Origin: Auanema rhodensis
Taxonomy: Eukaryota; Animalia; Nematoda
Direction of reading: 5' to 3'
Length of the DNA: 64,000 nucleotides
Assembly: GCA_964057225.1 (NCBI GenBank)
Contig: OZ059896.1
Coordinates: forward strand, 12,524,001 to 12,588,000
Shown: piece by piece, positions 1-12,611 of the stretch
Layout of the letters: each line of letters opens with the position of its first letter
How positions within the stretch are numbered: the first letter of the stretch is position 1
Notes under the pieces: model-generated
The model's input: only the letters and a program-made list of their open reading frames with translations
Database searches by the model: none
Told to the model about the DNA's origin: nothing
Program-made: the position numbers and the translations under genes

Positions 1-490
1 TTTTGGTTTCTTATCCAGTAAAATTTGCATAAATTTTTGTGTTTTTCTGACAACTGTATTTGTTAGAATGCTGCCTTAATATCACATGTTATTATGATAG
101 GTTTCGTTCTGCAAGCTATCATTATATCGTGTATATATGTGATGAATGATCGTTCGGTGTGTATTTATTATCTCATTTAATGAATGGCTATCCTTCTGTT
201 TAGCTGATGCATCGAATACGATTCAAAGCGGGTTAGGTTTGCTGGGTTTCCAAACCCCATGATGAGGCATATAGAATTCAAGAGATTCCTGTTGGTTGCT
301 GTTAATCTCTCCAACAACATTGTCTGTGATGTAGTTTTTAATTGTTTTGGTAAAGTGTGAGAGCATTTCTGGATTGGTAATTAGTTTTCGCCGTAGGGAT
401 ACAAATCTATGTTACGCGGGCATTTTGTTGTTTTTTAGACTTTTGAAGTTATTTTGTAACGGGATCGGTGCAATGATACGGTTGTTATCA
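1..490 (-). pseudogene. BEL/Pao reverse transcriptase N-terminal fragment
   Basis: Manual minus-strand translation gives YMPHHGVWKPSKP..IVFDASA and DIKAAF, typical Pao RT motifs, with stops. Confidence 0.75.
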
Positions 491-494
491 ATTT

Positions 495-1271
495 TTATAT
501 CTTTTGAGTACATGCATTTTCTGTATTGACGCCGATAGAATCCAGTTCAAATAGGTTCATAAGGTGTTCTTTATGAGAAGTTTCTTTTGTTATCTCTTCT
601 ACTGTAGAGCATAATATTACTTCTCGTTGTGTGTTATCATCGGGAAGAGGAGCTTCCCCATGTATCATGTGGCCCAATATCGAATTTTTCAATCTCATAC
701 GTGAGGGGAGTTCGGTTTCTTCGTTTAAGTGCATGAATAGTTTGTATCTATCCGTACCTATCAGTATATCCGGAGTAAATGATTCTCCGTTTGTTTTTGG
801 ATTGGCTAATTTTACGTTTTTGTTTTGTATGAATTTTATGTCTTCTTTGGATAGTTTTGGACAGCGTATGGGTGTGGTTAACATGGGTTTGGTAAATAGT
901 TTTGTTACGATAATGGATCCACTGGAGGTTCCAAGGATTACTTTCACGTCTTGAACTTCGTGCGTTTCGGACAATGCTCCAATACCGTAAAAGATTTTCT
1001 TTTGAGAACCAAGAATGGGCAATCCTAACTTAGTGGATAAGTCCTTAGATATAAACGATCTTATAGATCTTTTGTCTATGAGCATGCGTACTTGCTCATA
1101 TTTTTTACTATTGTGATTGTATATGTTTGCCATTGCTGTGCGAAATATTACTTGACTTTCTTCAATATTATGGGTGTCGGCAATGTGATTAAGTGATACT
1201 GGTGCATTAAGTGCCTCAGTAGGGATTCGATTAGTGTCTGATTGCTTGTTTATATTCTGTTGTTTTTTCAA
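495..1271 (-). pseudogene. BEL/Pao aspartic protease region (DUF1758-like), active site degenerate
   Basis: RMLIDKRSIRSFIS (cf. LLDSGSQRSFI), PDILIGTD, NSILGHMIHG. Confidence 0.82.
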
Positions 1272-2555
1272 TCAATGACTCTTCTGTGGTGATCAGTAAA
1301 GCTTGATCTTTGTTAATTAAGGAAGTTTCTTTATCTTTTTGGATACTTTGTACGTTTTTTCGTCCTTGTGAGCACAAGACGGAGTTATGGTCTCCATGGC
1401 AATTCCGACATTGTTGTTTTCTGCATTCGGAACTTTTGTGTTTTTCGGAAAAACAAATCCAGCAGATGGCCTTTCCGCGGATGCGGTGTTTTCTTTCTTC
1501 TGGTGTTTCAAATGGGGTGCAATGATAAAAGCAATGTTTGGATAAGTTGCAAAAGACACATGGCCAAGTTTGGGTTTGGATGAATGAAAACATCTTCAAC
1601 GATGTGGTAAGGGAATTTGTTAAGAATCATAGTGGTACACATTTCGCGGGATACCGTAGCTCCGGCTGCTTGAATTTGCCTGATGAGTGCCTTGGTTTCC
1701 CTGAAGGTTTCCTCACATGATTTGCATCATTGCTTGCAATTCTTAAACTGCGTAGTTGTGCTAAGAAAAAGTTTATATCGAAGAAATAATCTCCAAATTC
1801 ACAAACTAATGCTTCTCGCATGAGCTCATAATTTTGAGCAGAGGGTTCTATTCCTCTGATTGCTATTTGTGAATCGCCTTTGAGGCTTTCACAGAGTAGG
1901 TTTACCTTTTCTAAGGTTGTAAACTGTTCATTATCATGAACAAGTCTATCAAAACTGCCCCAGAATGATTTGAAGTTCTCTGGTTTGCCATCAAATGTAG
2001 GTAGCGACATCGCTGGTTTTTGAATGCTAGTTTGTTGAATGTGTAAAAATGACTTGATAATTTCCAAGAAGTGATCACTTGATTTGCTTTCTGTTTTATT
2101 GTTTTTATTGTTGAGTAATTGATGTTGTGTTCAGATTCAATCTTATGACGCACTTTTCTCAGTTTTCTGAGTATGCGTTCGGCCTACATGATGTGTTGAT
2201 CAAGCTTGATAATGGCGTTTTGAACTTTTTCAATATTGGGTTCAAAGTGATCATCGGATGTGAAAGCGATGTATTCCTCGTCTAATGCTTTACGAAGCGT
2301 TTTGTCTGATGCTTCATAAAACTTTTGAAATTTTTTCTCGTTATCTTGATGATTTTTCAACGATCCTTTGAATTCGGGTTGGACTTTTGTCCAGCGAATG
2401 ATAAGGCCAGAGAGTCTTTCCTCTTCTTCCTCAGTGTGGAAGTCGCAATCTACCAGAAAACCAGGAAGGTCCTTCACTTCTATCTCGTATCGTGTAAGCA
2501 GTTCTCCGAAAAACTGGTTAGATTGTTTGATATGATTGACAAAAAGAATTGACAT
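1231..2555 (-). pseudogene. gag: BEL/Pao Gag (coiled-coil N-terminus, DUF1759 core, zinc knuckles), frameshifted
   Basis: ORFs 2184-2555, 1627-2067 (LPTFDG..FKSFWGSFDRLVH..EKVNLL) and 1231-1599 (CVFC..H..C; CWIC....H....C; CRNC...H...LC). Confidence 0.85.
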
Positions 2556-2825
2556 TTTTGCAATGAATAATGCATATATTTCTTTTTCTTTCTTTTTTTC
2601 TTTTTACATTGTTTGGTGGTTGATCACAGTATATGTGAACGTAAGGAAAGTAAACCTCTGTTTCTATCTTCAGAGTTTGCTTCATGTTCAAGTCTTTTGG
2701 GGGTGACTTGACGTGGTCCAATGATTGCCACGATTTTTTTTCACATATGTTTTTGCCCCAACATGCTTGGTTTGAGTTGAATCTTACCTGCCACGCGGGA
2801 CTTACAGCGGCTAGGATCTGAACTA

Positions 2826-2837
2826 GCCGATGCACCA
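2826..2837 (-). promoter_or_regulatory. Primer binding site, tRNA-Gly(GCC) type
   Basis: TGGTGCATCGGC 3 nt after the LTR end; complementary to the ...GCCGATGCA-CCA 3' end of tRNA-Gly(GCC). Confidence 0.75.
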
Positions 2838-2840
2838 ATT

Positions 2841-3104
2841 TGTGGCGTTATATCACAAGTGTAGAGTATGGTTTATGAGTAGAACACAAGCGAATAAGTA
2901 GAAGAAGGCTTATTGATAAGTTTAGCAAGACAAGCACGGAATAAAATCACTGGCCGCGATCGTTGAAGATGTAAATGTGCTTTTATTTTTGGGCGGTTTT
3001 TGGTTTGAAATAAAATGTTACTAACGCCACATGTGAACACATATGGTGTGCAAAAATGTTTTAATGCATATTCAAAGAAAGAAGATGAAGAAAACGAGAG
3101 AGAG

Positions 3105-3145
<41 letters not shown>

Positions 3146-3198
3146 GAAAAGAATCGTTTAAGATATAAATTATAGAAACTCACTCGCTTATCGCGACA
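2841..3198 (-). repeat. BEL/Pao 5' LTR (358 bp), contains (GA)n microsatellite
   Basis: TG...CA termini, adjacent PBS, second copy at 8025-8359. Confidence 0.85.
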
Positions 3199-4033
3199 CT
3201 TTTTTTCCTGTTATTTTGTTTTGGCCGATATATGTTTAATAGATTCACTTTAGTTTTTGTCCGGAATTTTGAGTCTTCGAAAATAACTATATACTACACT
3301 AGCAAGCAGAAGAAAACCTTATATTTGTTGATTATTTTTTTTAATTTCTTTCGGTATATTTAATTTTTCACAGTGAAATCGGCGAGCACATGATTCACAT
3401 GTGCGAGCTATTTAAGTGACCAATGCCTAAACGAGCCACGCTTAGAAAATGAGACTGATACAACACATTTTTTTGCTCAAACTTAGATCGATTGCTTCAA
3501 AGACATTTGTGTCTTATCTAATTATATTCTCTATTTTAATTTTTCTTAATTTTTCTAAATTTTTGTTAATGTATGATTCCTACATAATTTTTTTGTGATC
3601 TGATGGTTAATCTTTTTATCTGTTGACGTTTCTCGCAAAATAGCAAATAAAGTGTTTAGTTCTACCCACTTAACAAAGAAAGTAAAAGAACATATATATT
3701 TCGAGCATAAAACGTGCGGAAAAGTTGTTAACTCGTTAGTATCTGTTTCACTGTCCAAAACTTTGTTTCTTAATATCCAAGGTCATGTGATTAATTCTAA
3801 TTTCAAACTTAGTTGATTAAGTTCGAACAAGGTTCTTCTCAATTAACCACAAGTACAGCACCAAACTTGGATAACTGCAATCAGCTGAGTACAAACTTTG
3901 AGAAAAATAAAATTTTAAATCTCCTCTCAATTATATTGTTATTACTTTTTTCCCTGTTATTTTAAACAAAAAAAAATTTTAAAAGGGAGGACTCAATCTT
4001 ATATATGACAATTCTCTGTTGACAGATTACAGT
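3199..4033 (+). repeat. Diverged tRNA-Gln array spacer unit
   Basis: Colinear with the spacers at 34.4-41.4 kb (cacatgtgcgagctat, aacgagccacgcttagaaaatgag, accaaacttggataac, atatgacaattctc). Confidence 0.9.
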
Positions 4034-4044
4034 GGTTCCGTGGT

Positions 4045-7000
4045 GGCTTTATGACAGGTACACCAAAAAACTTGTACACATCACGTACACCTTACATGTA
4101 CACTCCAAATACTACTCGTACACCACTCATTTTACCTTAGTGTATATGTAGTATTTTTGAAAATTTTGTTTAAATTCAAATAATTGCTCACCTATCGTGG
4201 AAATGTTTACTATTATATGATACTTCGAATGAGTTAAGAAATTTTATCTTTTACAATATTGATAATTTGGGGTTACATGATGAATAAACTAAAATGATTT
4301 AAAACTTCGTCTTTGTTACGTATGTTTGATTATCAAGTTTAGAAAGCATCATCATCTGCAATTGAGATTTCTTCATATCTAGAAAATGTGGATATGTTCA
4401 GGGAAGACGATGATGTACTATAAATCAAATTTTTTTTCCTCAGTAGTTCAATTTTCGCTCGCTCTGCAATTTCAATGTAGTTTCTGGTCTTATTGTTACT
4501 GCTAAACTGGTTGAACTTTCTTTTTCTGAATTTAGTACCATGCTCCGGTTTTGCTTGATCTTGGAATAAACATATACAGATTTTACTTTTTTTTATCTCA
4601 AGAGTCTGTATTACTTCATTTTTTTCTTCATCAGATAATGCGAGGAAGACAGCTGTTCTGTAATTGGAATATAATACGTTAACAATATTTTTGAAAACTT
4701 ATGAACGCAGAATTTAAGTTTTTCGTTAATTTTCTTGCATTCATATATAAAACATGCGAGGTCAGCTTTGTCGAATGTAACTACAGTACAACTGAAAACA
4801 ATATTGTTCGAAAGCAACCATTTTTAACGCACCTCATATCTGTTTTTCTAAGAAGAATTCTGTACTGTTCGAATGTTAAAACAGTTAATTCATTTACAAG
4901 TGAAATAAGTATGACCCTATCAACTTTTTTATTTATTTGATTGTTAGAAAAAGCTCTCATGAATGAAATGAACTAACCTGGAATCAGCCAACTTGGAAAA
5001 TTTTCGAAAACATCCTCCGGTAAAAATTTTTCTAATCCGTATTCTCTCAATTTTTCTCGCTGCTCTCGTTTCGACATCGTAACCCATACCTCTTTTGGAA
5101 CAGCATGAGAAGTCTGATACCGGGATACTTCACCAGAAATAGCTCTTGCACAGTCGTGTATTTCATCTGAAAAATTATTATTAGTTTGTTCTAAGTTACG
5201 AGAAAAACAACTCTTGTGATATTGAAGCAAATCATTCAATAACTTTTGCGCAGGTTTTCTGCTTTGAATAATCATTTTGAAATGGGCATTTTTGGCCTCA
5301 ATTATATTTGAACTCAAAAATTGCGCAGGCCGGCCGGCCCTTATTTTTGAGAACAAACTATTTGATTCAAAAAAAATTTCAAAATTCTCTAACAGCCTAA
5401 AAATATATTCGTTGTGCATCCCTAAAAAAACAAAAAGATCTGATACCGTATTTTGGCTCTTCCTGGCGGCATACAAGCGATGAATCTAAGCATTTTTTCC
5501 GAATATTCTCTACAATTCAAACATTGTAAGATACCTCTTTTCAACATAGTCGAACCCATAAGCTAAAAATGAATTTTAAACAGTTTTTCGCAAATTGATT
5601 TACGCCTTTCTTTTCACCCCACAATTCTTTTTTGAGATTTTCAAACATATCCAACGAATTGCAGTTTTCTTTCAAATTGTTTAAGCGATGAACATCGCAA
5701 CGAATTAACATTGCATGTTTCAAAAAACAGCCCCAATTTTGAATATGAATATATTTACATCGAAGTAACTAACTGTTTTATACTGCTTAAATGAAGTATC
5801 ACCGTCATGAACAATCAACCCAACAGCTTTACTCTTGCAATACTTAGAAAACATATTATTGAGAAAAACCGTGAATGCTTCATGATCTTCTAAAGTTTTT
5901 CTATTGTGAATCATAACGGTTAGAAGAAGACTGCTGTTTTTTCCCGAAGATGAACTTCTAAACAAATTGTGCTACTCAAATACTTTTGCAATAAATTGTT
6001 AGCACCTGAATATCTCACTGATGCCAATCACAACAGTAACGAACTCCGATGACGCTAAGCTGAACGTAGTATCGAGCATTATGCAAGAACCGATTAGAGG
6101 TAGGCTGCCACTGCAATTGACAACAGAAAGATGAGAATCTGTAATGTAAATGAGTGTTTTAAAATCAGCAGTGAGCTCACTAAATGTTCGAATAGCATTC
6201 TCAATACTCATATCAAGCATATTATCTACCAGCTGGCGATGATGAACTAAATCATCAAGAAAAGGAAGGCTTTGACTAAAACATTCTAATGCAACTGGAT
6301 AGCACAGCATAAGTCTGACTTTCACAAATCTATCTTCTGAAAATCCACTGATTCACACTCCATTTTTCCGTTTGACTTACCTTGTCGCTCAATAATTGGC
6401 TGACTAAGTATTTCGAACTGATCAACAGCATCGATATATCTATTCATGACTTCCTTAAAATTCAAGGGCGATTTACGTCCTTGATTACTTTTGACGTGTG
6501 TGGCAACACTTCTGCTCAAACTTGTCAGCTATAAAAATTATTGAAAAAACGATTCAGCGGTTAAGTTTCATTTTTTGAGTTGTAACATTCACTCCTTGAT
6601 CTGCTAAAAGTGTTTTAGCCTGTCGGGTGGAGCGATGTTTTAAAGCTTGAGAGTATTGCAAAAATCAACAGACGGCTTGAGAGTATTGCAAAAATTTAAT
6701 AGTTTCGGAAGTGAAAAAATACTAACCTCGGAATAGTAAACGTAGAGTATATTTGATAACAACTCCTTCTTTGACGAAACATAAAAAAAATTTGTCAAGT
6801 TTTTTCACCTCTCTAGAGAAACCTGCATACCTGACATGTCTATTTTTATGAATTCTCAGAACAATATCCGTTTTTTTCTGAAGTCTGAATAAAAAGTCCT
6901 TCGTTCTCTTCAAGGTATTTTTCAAAAGATTTCCCTGTGATACGAACGCCATCCAAATCTAAGCATTAATTACATCACAGAAAAAAAGCACTGGCTTACT

Positions 7001-7546
7001 TGTGCCAGACCATGGCACAAAACAATCTGCTGTAATGTCATGTTGAACAATTGAATCCCTAGATCTGAAGAAGAAAAACGTTCCTTGAGGAATATCTTCT
7101 AACACAGTAAAAAAATCAATAGCTGATTCCTCATCAACCCTGAATATTAAATTAGAAATGTTAGAATACTTGAACAGAAGTGATATACCTAGTTTTGTTA
7201 ATTTTCTGTAAAGCTTCTTTCACGTTGAGATTTTTCATATTAAGAGATTGATAGAACAAAACTGCGACAGATCATCAAACACACGTGAGAAAAACGGAGT
7301 TTTAAATTAGTTTATTCATCATGTAACCCCAGGTTATCAATATTGTAAAAGATAAGATTTTGTAACTCATTCGAAGTATCATATATTAGTAAACATTTCC
7401 ACGATAGGCAGGCAATATATTATTTGAATTCAAATAAAATTTTCAAAAACACTACATAAATACCAAGGTAAAATGAGTAGTATTTGGCGTGTACATGTAA
7501 GGTGTACGTGATGTGTACATGTTTTTTGTGTACGTGTTCTAATGCC
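4045..7546 (-). mobile_element. Mutator/MULE-like DNA transposon 1 (3.5 kb) inserted in tRNA-Gln
   Basis: 9-bp TSD TTCCGTGGT (4036-4044, 7547-7555); ~250 bp TIRs starting GGCTTTATGACAGGTACAC / GGCATTAGAACACGTACAC; internal transposase. Confidence 0.92.
4330..7238 (-). pseudogene. Intron-containing MULE DDE transposase, probably disrupted; ends approximate
   Basis: Exon pieces IMLDTTFSL (D1), LIVHDGD (D2), IRCDVH (CxxH), SSNIIEAKNAHFK (E), in Mutator order, separated by short AT-rich introns. Confidence 0.8.
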
Positions 7547-7609
7547 TTCCGTGGTGTAGTGGTTAGCACTCAGGACTCTGAATCCTGCGACCCGAGTTCA
7601 AATCACGGC

Positions 7610-8790
7610 TTCCTTCCTCAGTGTGGAAGTCGCAATCTACCAGAATACCAGGAAGGTCCTTCACTTCCATCTCGTATCGTGTAAGCAGTTCTTCAAAAAA
7701 CTAGTTAGATTGTTTGATATGATTGACAAAAAGAATTGACATTTTTGCAATGAATAATGCTCATATTCCTTTTTCTTTTATTCTTTTTACATTGTTTGGT
7801 GGGTGATCACAGTATATGTGAACGTAAGGAAAGTAACCCTCTGTTTCTATCTTCAGAGTTTGCTTAATGTTCAAGTTATTTGGGGGCGACTTGACGTGGT
7901 CCAATAATTGCCTCGATTTTTTTTTCACGTATGTTTTTGCTCCAACACGCTTGGTTTGAGTCGTATCTTACCTGCCACGCGGGACTTACAGCGGCTAAGA
8001 TCTGAACTAGCCGATGCACCAATTTGTGGCGTTATATCACAAGTGTAGAGTATGGTTTATGAGTAAAACACAAACGAATATATAGAAAAAGGTTTATTGA
8101 TAGGTTTAACAAGACAAGAACGGAATAAAATCACTGGCCGCGATCGTTGAAGATGTAAATGTGCTTTTATTTTTGGGCGGTTTTTGGTTTGAAATAAAAT
8201 GTTACTAACGCCACATGTGAACACATATGGTGTGCAAAAATGTTTTAATGCATACTCAAAGGAAGAAGATAGAAAAAGAAGAAAAAGAGAGAGAAAGAGA
8301 GAGAGAGAAAAGAATCGTTTGAGATATGAATTATAGAAACTCACTCGCTTATCGCGACACTTTTTTTCCTGTTATTTTGTTTTAGCCGATATATGTTTAA
8401 CAGATTCACTTTAGTTTTGGTCCGGAATTTTGAGTCTTCGTAAATAACTATATACTACACTAGCAAGCAGAAGAAAACCTTATATTTGTTGATTATTTTT
8501 TTTAATTTCTTTCGGTATATTTATTTTTTCACTGTGAAATCGGCGAGCACATGATTCACATGTGCGAGCTATTCAAGTGACCGATGCCCAAACGAGCCAC
8601 GCTTAGAAAATGAGATTGATACAACACATTTTTTTGCTCAAACCTAGATCGATTGCTTTAAAGACATTTGTGTCTTATCTAATTATATTCTCTATTTTGA
8701 GTTTTCTTAATTTTTCTTAATTTTTTGTTTATGTATGATTCATACATAATTTTTTTGTGATCTGATGGTTAATTTTTTTGTCTGTTAACG
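7610..8790. repeat. Direct duplication of ~2425-3630 (BEL gag start, PBS, LTR 8025-8359, tRNA spacer)
   Basis: Near-identical sequence including the same LTR/spacer junction gcgaca|ctttttttcctg. Confidence 0.9.
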
Positions 8791-9145
8791 TATCTTGCAT
8801 GTAGGTATTGTTATGTTCAGAGTTATCCGATTCATATTCAATGTATTGATTGGGTTTGGTATTATTTATATTATTATCCTCATGTCTTTCATGTTCTATC
8901 AGTTCATGAGGATTCTGTTCGGGTATACTTTCTATTGGAGTACTGTTGTTCTGTATGTTGCATCTTATCTCCAATGGATAGAGCTGATTGATTGATCTGC
9001 TAATTATTTTTCCATTACTAGTTACTACTTTTGCGGAACGTATGTTGCAGTCTGAACTAGTGATTGTTTCTATGATGCGCCCAAGCTTCCATTTTCCTCG
9101 GGGCAACATGTCATTCTGTATCAATACTATTTCATCCGGTTAGGG
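8790..9145 (-). pseudogene. BEL/Pao integrase C-terminal domain (DUF5641-like) fragment
   Basis: IQNDMLPRGKWKLGRI..DCNIRSAKV..RSINQLYPLE. Confidence 0.88.
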
Positions 9146-9149
9146 GAAG

Positions 9150-10662
9150 ATGTTTGTGTGATTTTTTCTATCGCATGTGGTATAGCAAAATTCATCAATT
9201 TGAGAATTTTCTCTTTTCATTGTTACTTCCGTGATTGCTACTTTTGGAGAGCATTTTATCATGAATACTTCTCTCTGACAATCGATAGAAATTCATGTTT
9301 CTTCTGCCGCAAGGCATTGAAATTCTGCGGATGCACCCTGCCCGCAAGAATAGCAGCCAGATAGGCTTGTGAGAGTGGGTGCACAAGGTAGATTATTAAA
9401 GAAAATTACTGAGTTTAGAAATAGGGAAAAGTCTACTGAAACTAGATTTTCATCCAAATTTGTGGAAAAGGATAGTGTGTTATTTTTTGTTGTGAATTTT
9501 CGATCAGGATATGATATCTGTGATGTATTAGACATCTTATCTATGTTAGGTATGTTGCAAATACATTTAACTTCGTTAAACCTATTGAATGTGCAGGGAC
9601 AGAATGAAGATACTGTACAGTTGTTGAATTTTCGTAATGCATCATTCTCTGTTGCACATTGAACGATTGCTTTTGTATTTAAATCAGTAATATATGTTTT
9701 CTGTTCTGAAGAAAAGAATAGTTTTATGTATAGTTCTGGAGGAGGTTTGGATTGTGTGAGCGTTGTAATATTAAAAAGTGTTCATGATTTTTTGTGTATG
9801 GTTTTAAAGTGATATTATAATTATTTTTTATTTGGAGTAGTGAGGTTTCAATGTGGAATACTGTTTGCGTTGACCAACTATCGCAAGTATAGACTTCATA
9901 TGCTTCTTTCGACATGGGTATGTGTTCCAGTTTGTAAAAAAGGCAAGGATTTGTCCATATCATGGGACATATGTAAAATCTCGCTGAAGATGTGAAACAG
10001 CCAGATTGTGTAGGGAACAAATATGGTTTAAATTCCTCGATTTGATCATGAAGTGAGTTAATTTCACATATTCCGTCACATGAGCCTCTATGGCGACATC
10101 GTAAGATGCTGGATATGTTGGCGGTCGTCAGTCTGGTGAAGTATGTGGTGTTCTTTTGGCAGATATGTTCTGTGTATAGTTTAGTTATTTTGAATTGGCC
10201 AATTTCATGATTAGAGTGTATTATGTTGATACATAACTGTTTTGTTCCGGGAGAGAATATTATGTCTTGACTATATTCGTGATAACACTCTAAGTTTTGA
10301 TCGCAACGTATGTTAACATAATGTTGTACATGAACATCGGAGCAAGAATGGGAGTTTCCTACGTATACAACTAAGATAATTGCAAATAATGAAGGTAAGG
10401 AGGATTGAGATCCTCTGGTGAGGATAGAGAATTTCGGTGTTTTTCTTGTAAAGTGTAGCGTGGGATAAATATTTTTTTGAGAGGTTTCTTGTTCTCTGTT
10501 ACCGTCTTCTCGTGTGTTTATATGTGTCATATCTGTACTTTCATTATTGTCTGTTGTGTTTTGGACCATTTCGAGGTCTTCTTGTTCTTGGACTTCTTGA
10601 TTTCTGTTTTGAATATTAAACACATTAAGCATATTTTGAGTAATCGTTGGCTCGTGTAACAA
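9150..10662 (-). pseudogene. env: BEL/Pao envelope, phlebovirus Gc-like class II fusion protein, frameshifted
   Basis: Hydrophobic signal SLFAIILVVYVGNSHS then CSD..; RCRHRGSCDGIC, SGC..C....PCLFY, YEVYTCDSW, GCYSCGQGA, the Cys pattern of Gc-like envs in nematode BEL elements. Confidence 0.8.
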
Positions 10663-10979
10663 ATAAAGACCTCCTTGATCGAACTTAAAATAAGAATGTA
10701 TATATTATAAATGTGTGAAGTGTGCTGCGCATCTAACTAATTTGGCAGTGTGCCATTACTTAAAATCAATAATTAGTCTTTTATAAGAATGTTTCTTTTT
10801 TTTTTGTTAGTTTTTTGAACAGTAGTTTGGTTCTGATGTGCAAATTATTTGATAATGTGGAATGTGCGTTCCACTTATTTGATTCTCCAATCTTGACATT
10901 TTTCAGAAACATTTGTATGCTAAATTGGAATTTACTGTACATTGACTGATATGTTGTTGAACTTGAATTTATCTCATGC

Positions 10980-11029
10980 TTAGCACTCAGGACTCTGAAT
11001 CCTGCAAACCGAGTTCAAATCTCGCCGGA
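10980..11029 (+). pseudogene. 5'-truncated, diverged tRNA-Gln(CTG)
   Basis: TTAGCACTCAGGACTCTGAATCCTGCAAACCGAGTTCAAATCTCGCCGGA followed by T-run and old spacer. Confidence 0.85.
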
Positions 11030-11646
11030 TTTTGTTTTTTGTTTCGGCTGATATATGTTTCACAGATTTACTATGATTTTTGTCCCAAACTTTGAGTCTC
11101 AGAAAATAACCATGTACTACATTATCAAGCAGCATAAAACCTAATATTTGATTATTATTTCATTTAATTTCAATCGGTATATTTAATGTATATGTTAATG
11201 TATAACTCATACTGTAATTTCTTGTGATCTAATAATGACTTCTTTTATCTGCTTACGTTCATATCAAAATATCGATCAAAGCATTCGGTTCTGCCCAACT
11301 AACAACAAAAGTAGAAAAACATATACAATATTTCGAATATAAAAAGTGTGGAAGAGTCGTTGTGTCATTAATATTAGTTTTACTGCCCAAAACTGTGTTT
11401 TTTAAAATTCGAGCTGGAGTAATAAATTTTAATTCCGAACTTGGTTATTGAAAATAAAAAGAGGATTTTCTTATTTGACTACTACAACAGTAACAAACTT
11501 GGAGAACAGCAATAACCTGAGTTCCAACTGCCAAATGCTAAACATATACGAGCTATTCAGATGATCAAAGCCTAAAACAGCCACGCCTATAAAATGAGAC
11601 ACATATAACGAGTTGTCATTTTTGCTCCAATCCATGTCCGTTGCTT
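11030..11646 (+). repeat. Strongly diverged, rearranged tRNA array spacer
   Basis: Recognisable spacer motifs (gatatatgtttcacagatt, actgcccaaaact, cgagctattc, ccacgc). Confidence 0.75.
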
Positions 11647-11762
11647 TAGAGCTAGAAAGCCGTGTAAAATTTAATAACTACGCCCCCAAACAGCTGTCAA
11701 AAATATACTTTGGACGGCGTCAGCTGCTAAAAACATATTTTTGGGAGCGCGTAAGCCGTAAA

Positions 11763-11931
11763 ATTTATTGTAACAAGTGAACTTCTCAAAATACAAAAAA
11801 AGATGAACATATTAGAATAGTTTAACATTTTATTTTACTATACAAACCAATACAAAATCTCTATAGAGCACACATTGAATGTTTATATCATAAGATTAAC
11901 AAACAGTTGCGCTGACCTCAACGCGACGCAT
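11763..11931 (+). repeat. Left arm of long-range inverted repeat
   Basis: ataagattaacaaacagttgcgctgacctcaacgc and ctctatagagcacacattgaa are exact reverse complements of blocks in 26313-26467. Confidence 0.9.
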
Positions 11932-12284
11932 ATCGAGGTTTAATTTAATAAACATTAATAACTGCGTTACATACTAATTTTCCCCGTCTTTCCATGGTCG
12001 GAAGATATATGTACTTCTACCACGTTCCTAAGGTAGGCAGACCCGAATTACATTAAGAAAGATGATAAAAAGATAAAATAAAGTAATAAAATAGAGAATC
12101 TATTGAGATGAGACTCACATGGCTATAAGACAACCCGTCTGGGTCAGGCCAGAAGCAAGAGTGCCATGTGTGTCCCATGTTGTAGGCATGATATTTAATT
12201 ATCGACAACCGTTTTATTCATCCCGTAAGGTAAGTTAGACTGAAAAGAGATTTAAGTATCCCTAAACTTTAATAATTTCTAAAC

Positions 12285-12611
12285 ATGACTTGCAAGTACA
12301 GTACGTTTTATGATCATTTCTCTGGTGTTGGTGTTAAAAAACCTTATTAAAAATGTAAGAAATGTGATGTTGCATACACTAAGTGTGAATCTACTACTAT
12401 GTTGAACAGACATATGAACCAGTGCCACCCAATGAAGACGTCTTCTGCTGGAAAACTAACCAATTTCTTTCCTACTAAGAAGGAGTGTAACCAGGCTGAA
12501 CTGAATTGTTTTTTGCTTCGTACATAGCAACATCGTATGCTCCTGCTTACTCACTAGAGAACAAGTTTCTTCATGAGATTGTAAACAATTTGAACCCTTC
12601 ATGCAAAGAAG
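12285..12611 (+). pseudogene. hAT-like transposase N-terminus (BED zinc finger and following domain), disrupted
   Basis: FYDHF..KCKKC...STTMLNRHMNQCHP, then FASYIATSYAPAYSLENKFLHEIVNNLNP; one stop and one frameshift. Confidence 0.75.

Larger units (their letters stand above)
1..3198 (-). mobile_element. BEL/Pao LTR retrotransposon, 5' part (LTR, PBS, gag, protease, start of RT), degenerate; continues off the left edge
   Basis: Minus-strand LTR TGTCGCG..GCCACA (3198-2841), then PBS TGGTGCATCGGC, LPTFDGKPENFKSFW gag motif, triple Cys/His knuckles, DUF1758-like protease, RT start YMPHHGV..IVFDASA..DIKAAF; broken by stops and frameshifts. Confidence 0.92.
4034..7609 (+). pseudogene. tRNA-Gln(CTG) gene split by MULE-1 (4034-4044 plus 7547-7609; 3' acceptor arm lost)
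   Basis: GGTTCCGTGGT | element | TTCCGTGGTGTAGTGGTTAGCACTCAGGACTCTGAATCCTGCGACCCGAGTTCAAATC. Confidence 0.92.

Noticed and set aside
2841-8359. The two BEL LTRs as both ends of one element
   Set aside because: Both carry a PBS, the gag start and the same outer flank, so they are a segmental duplication of one 5' LTR.
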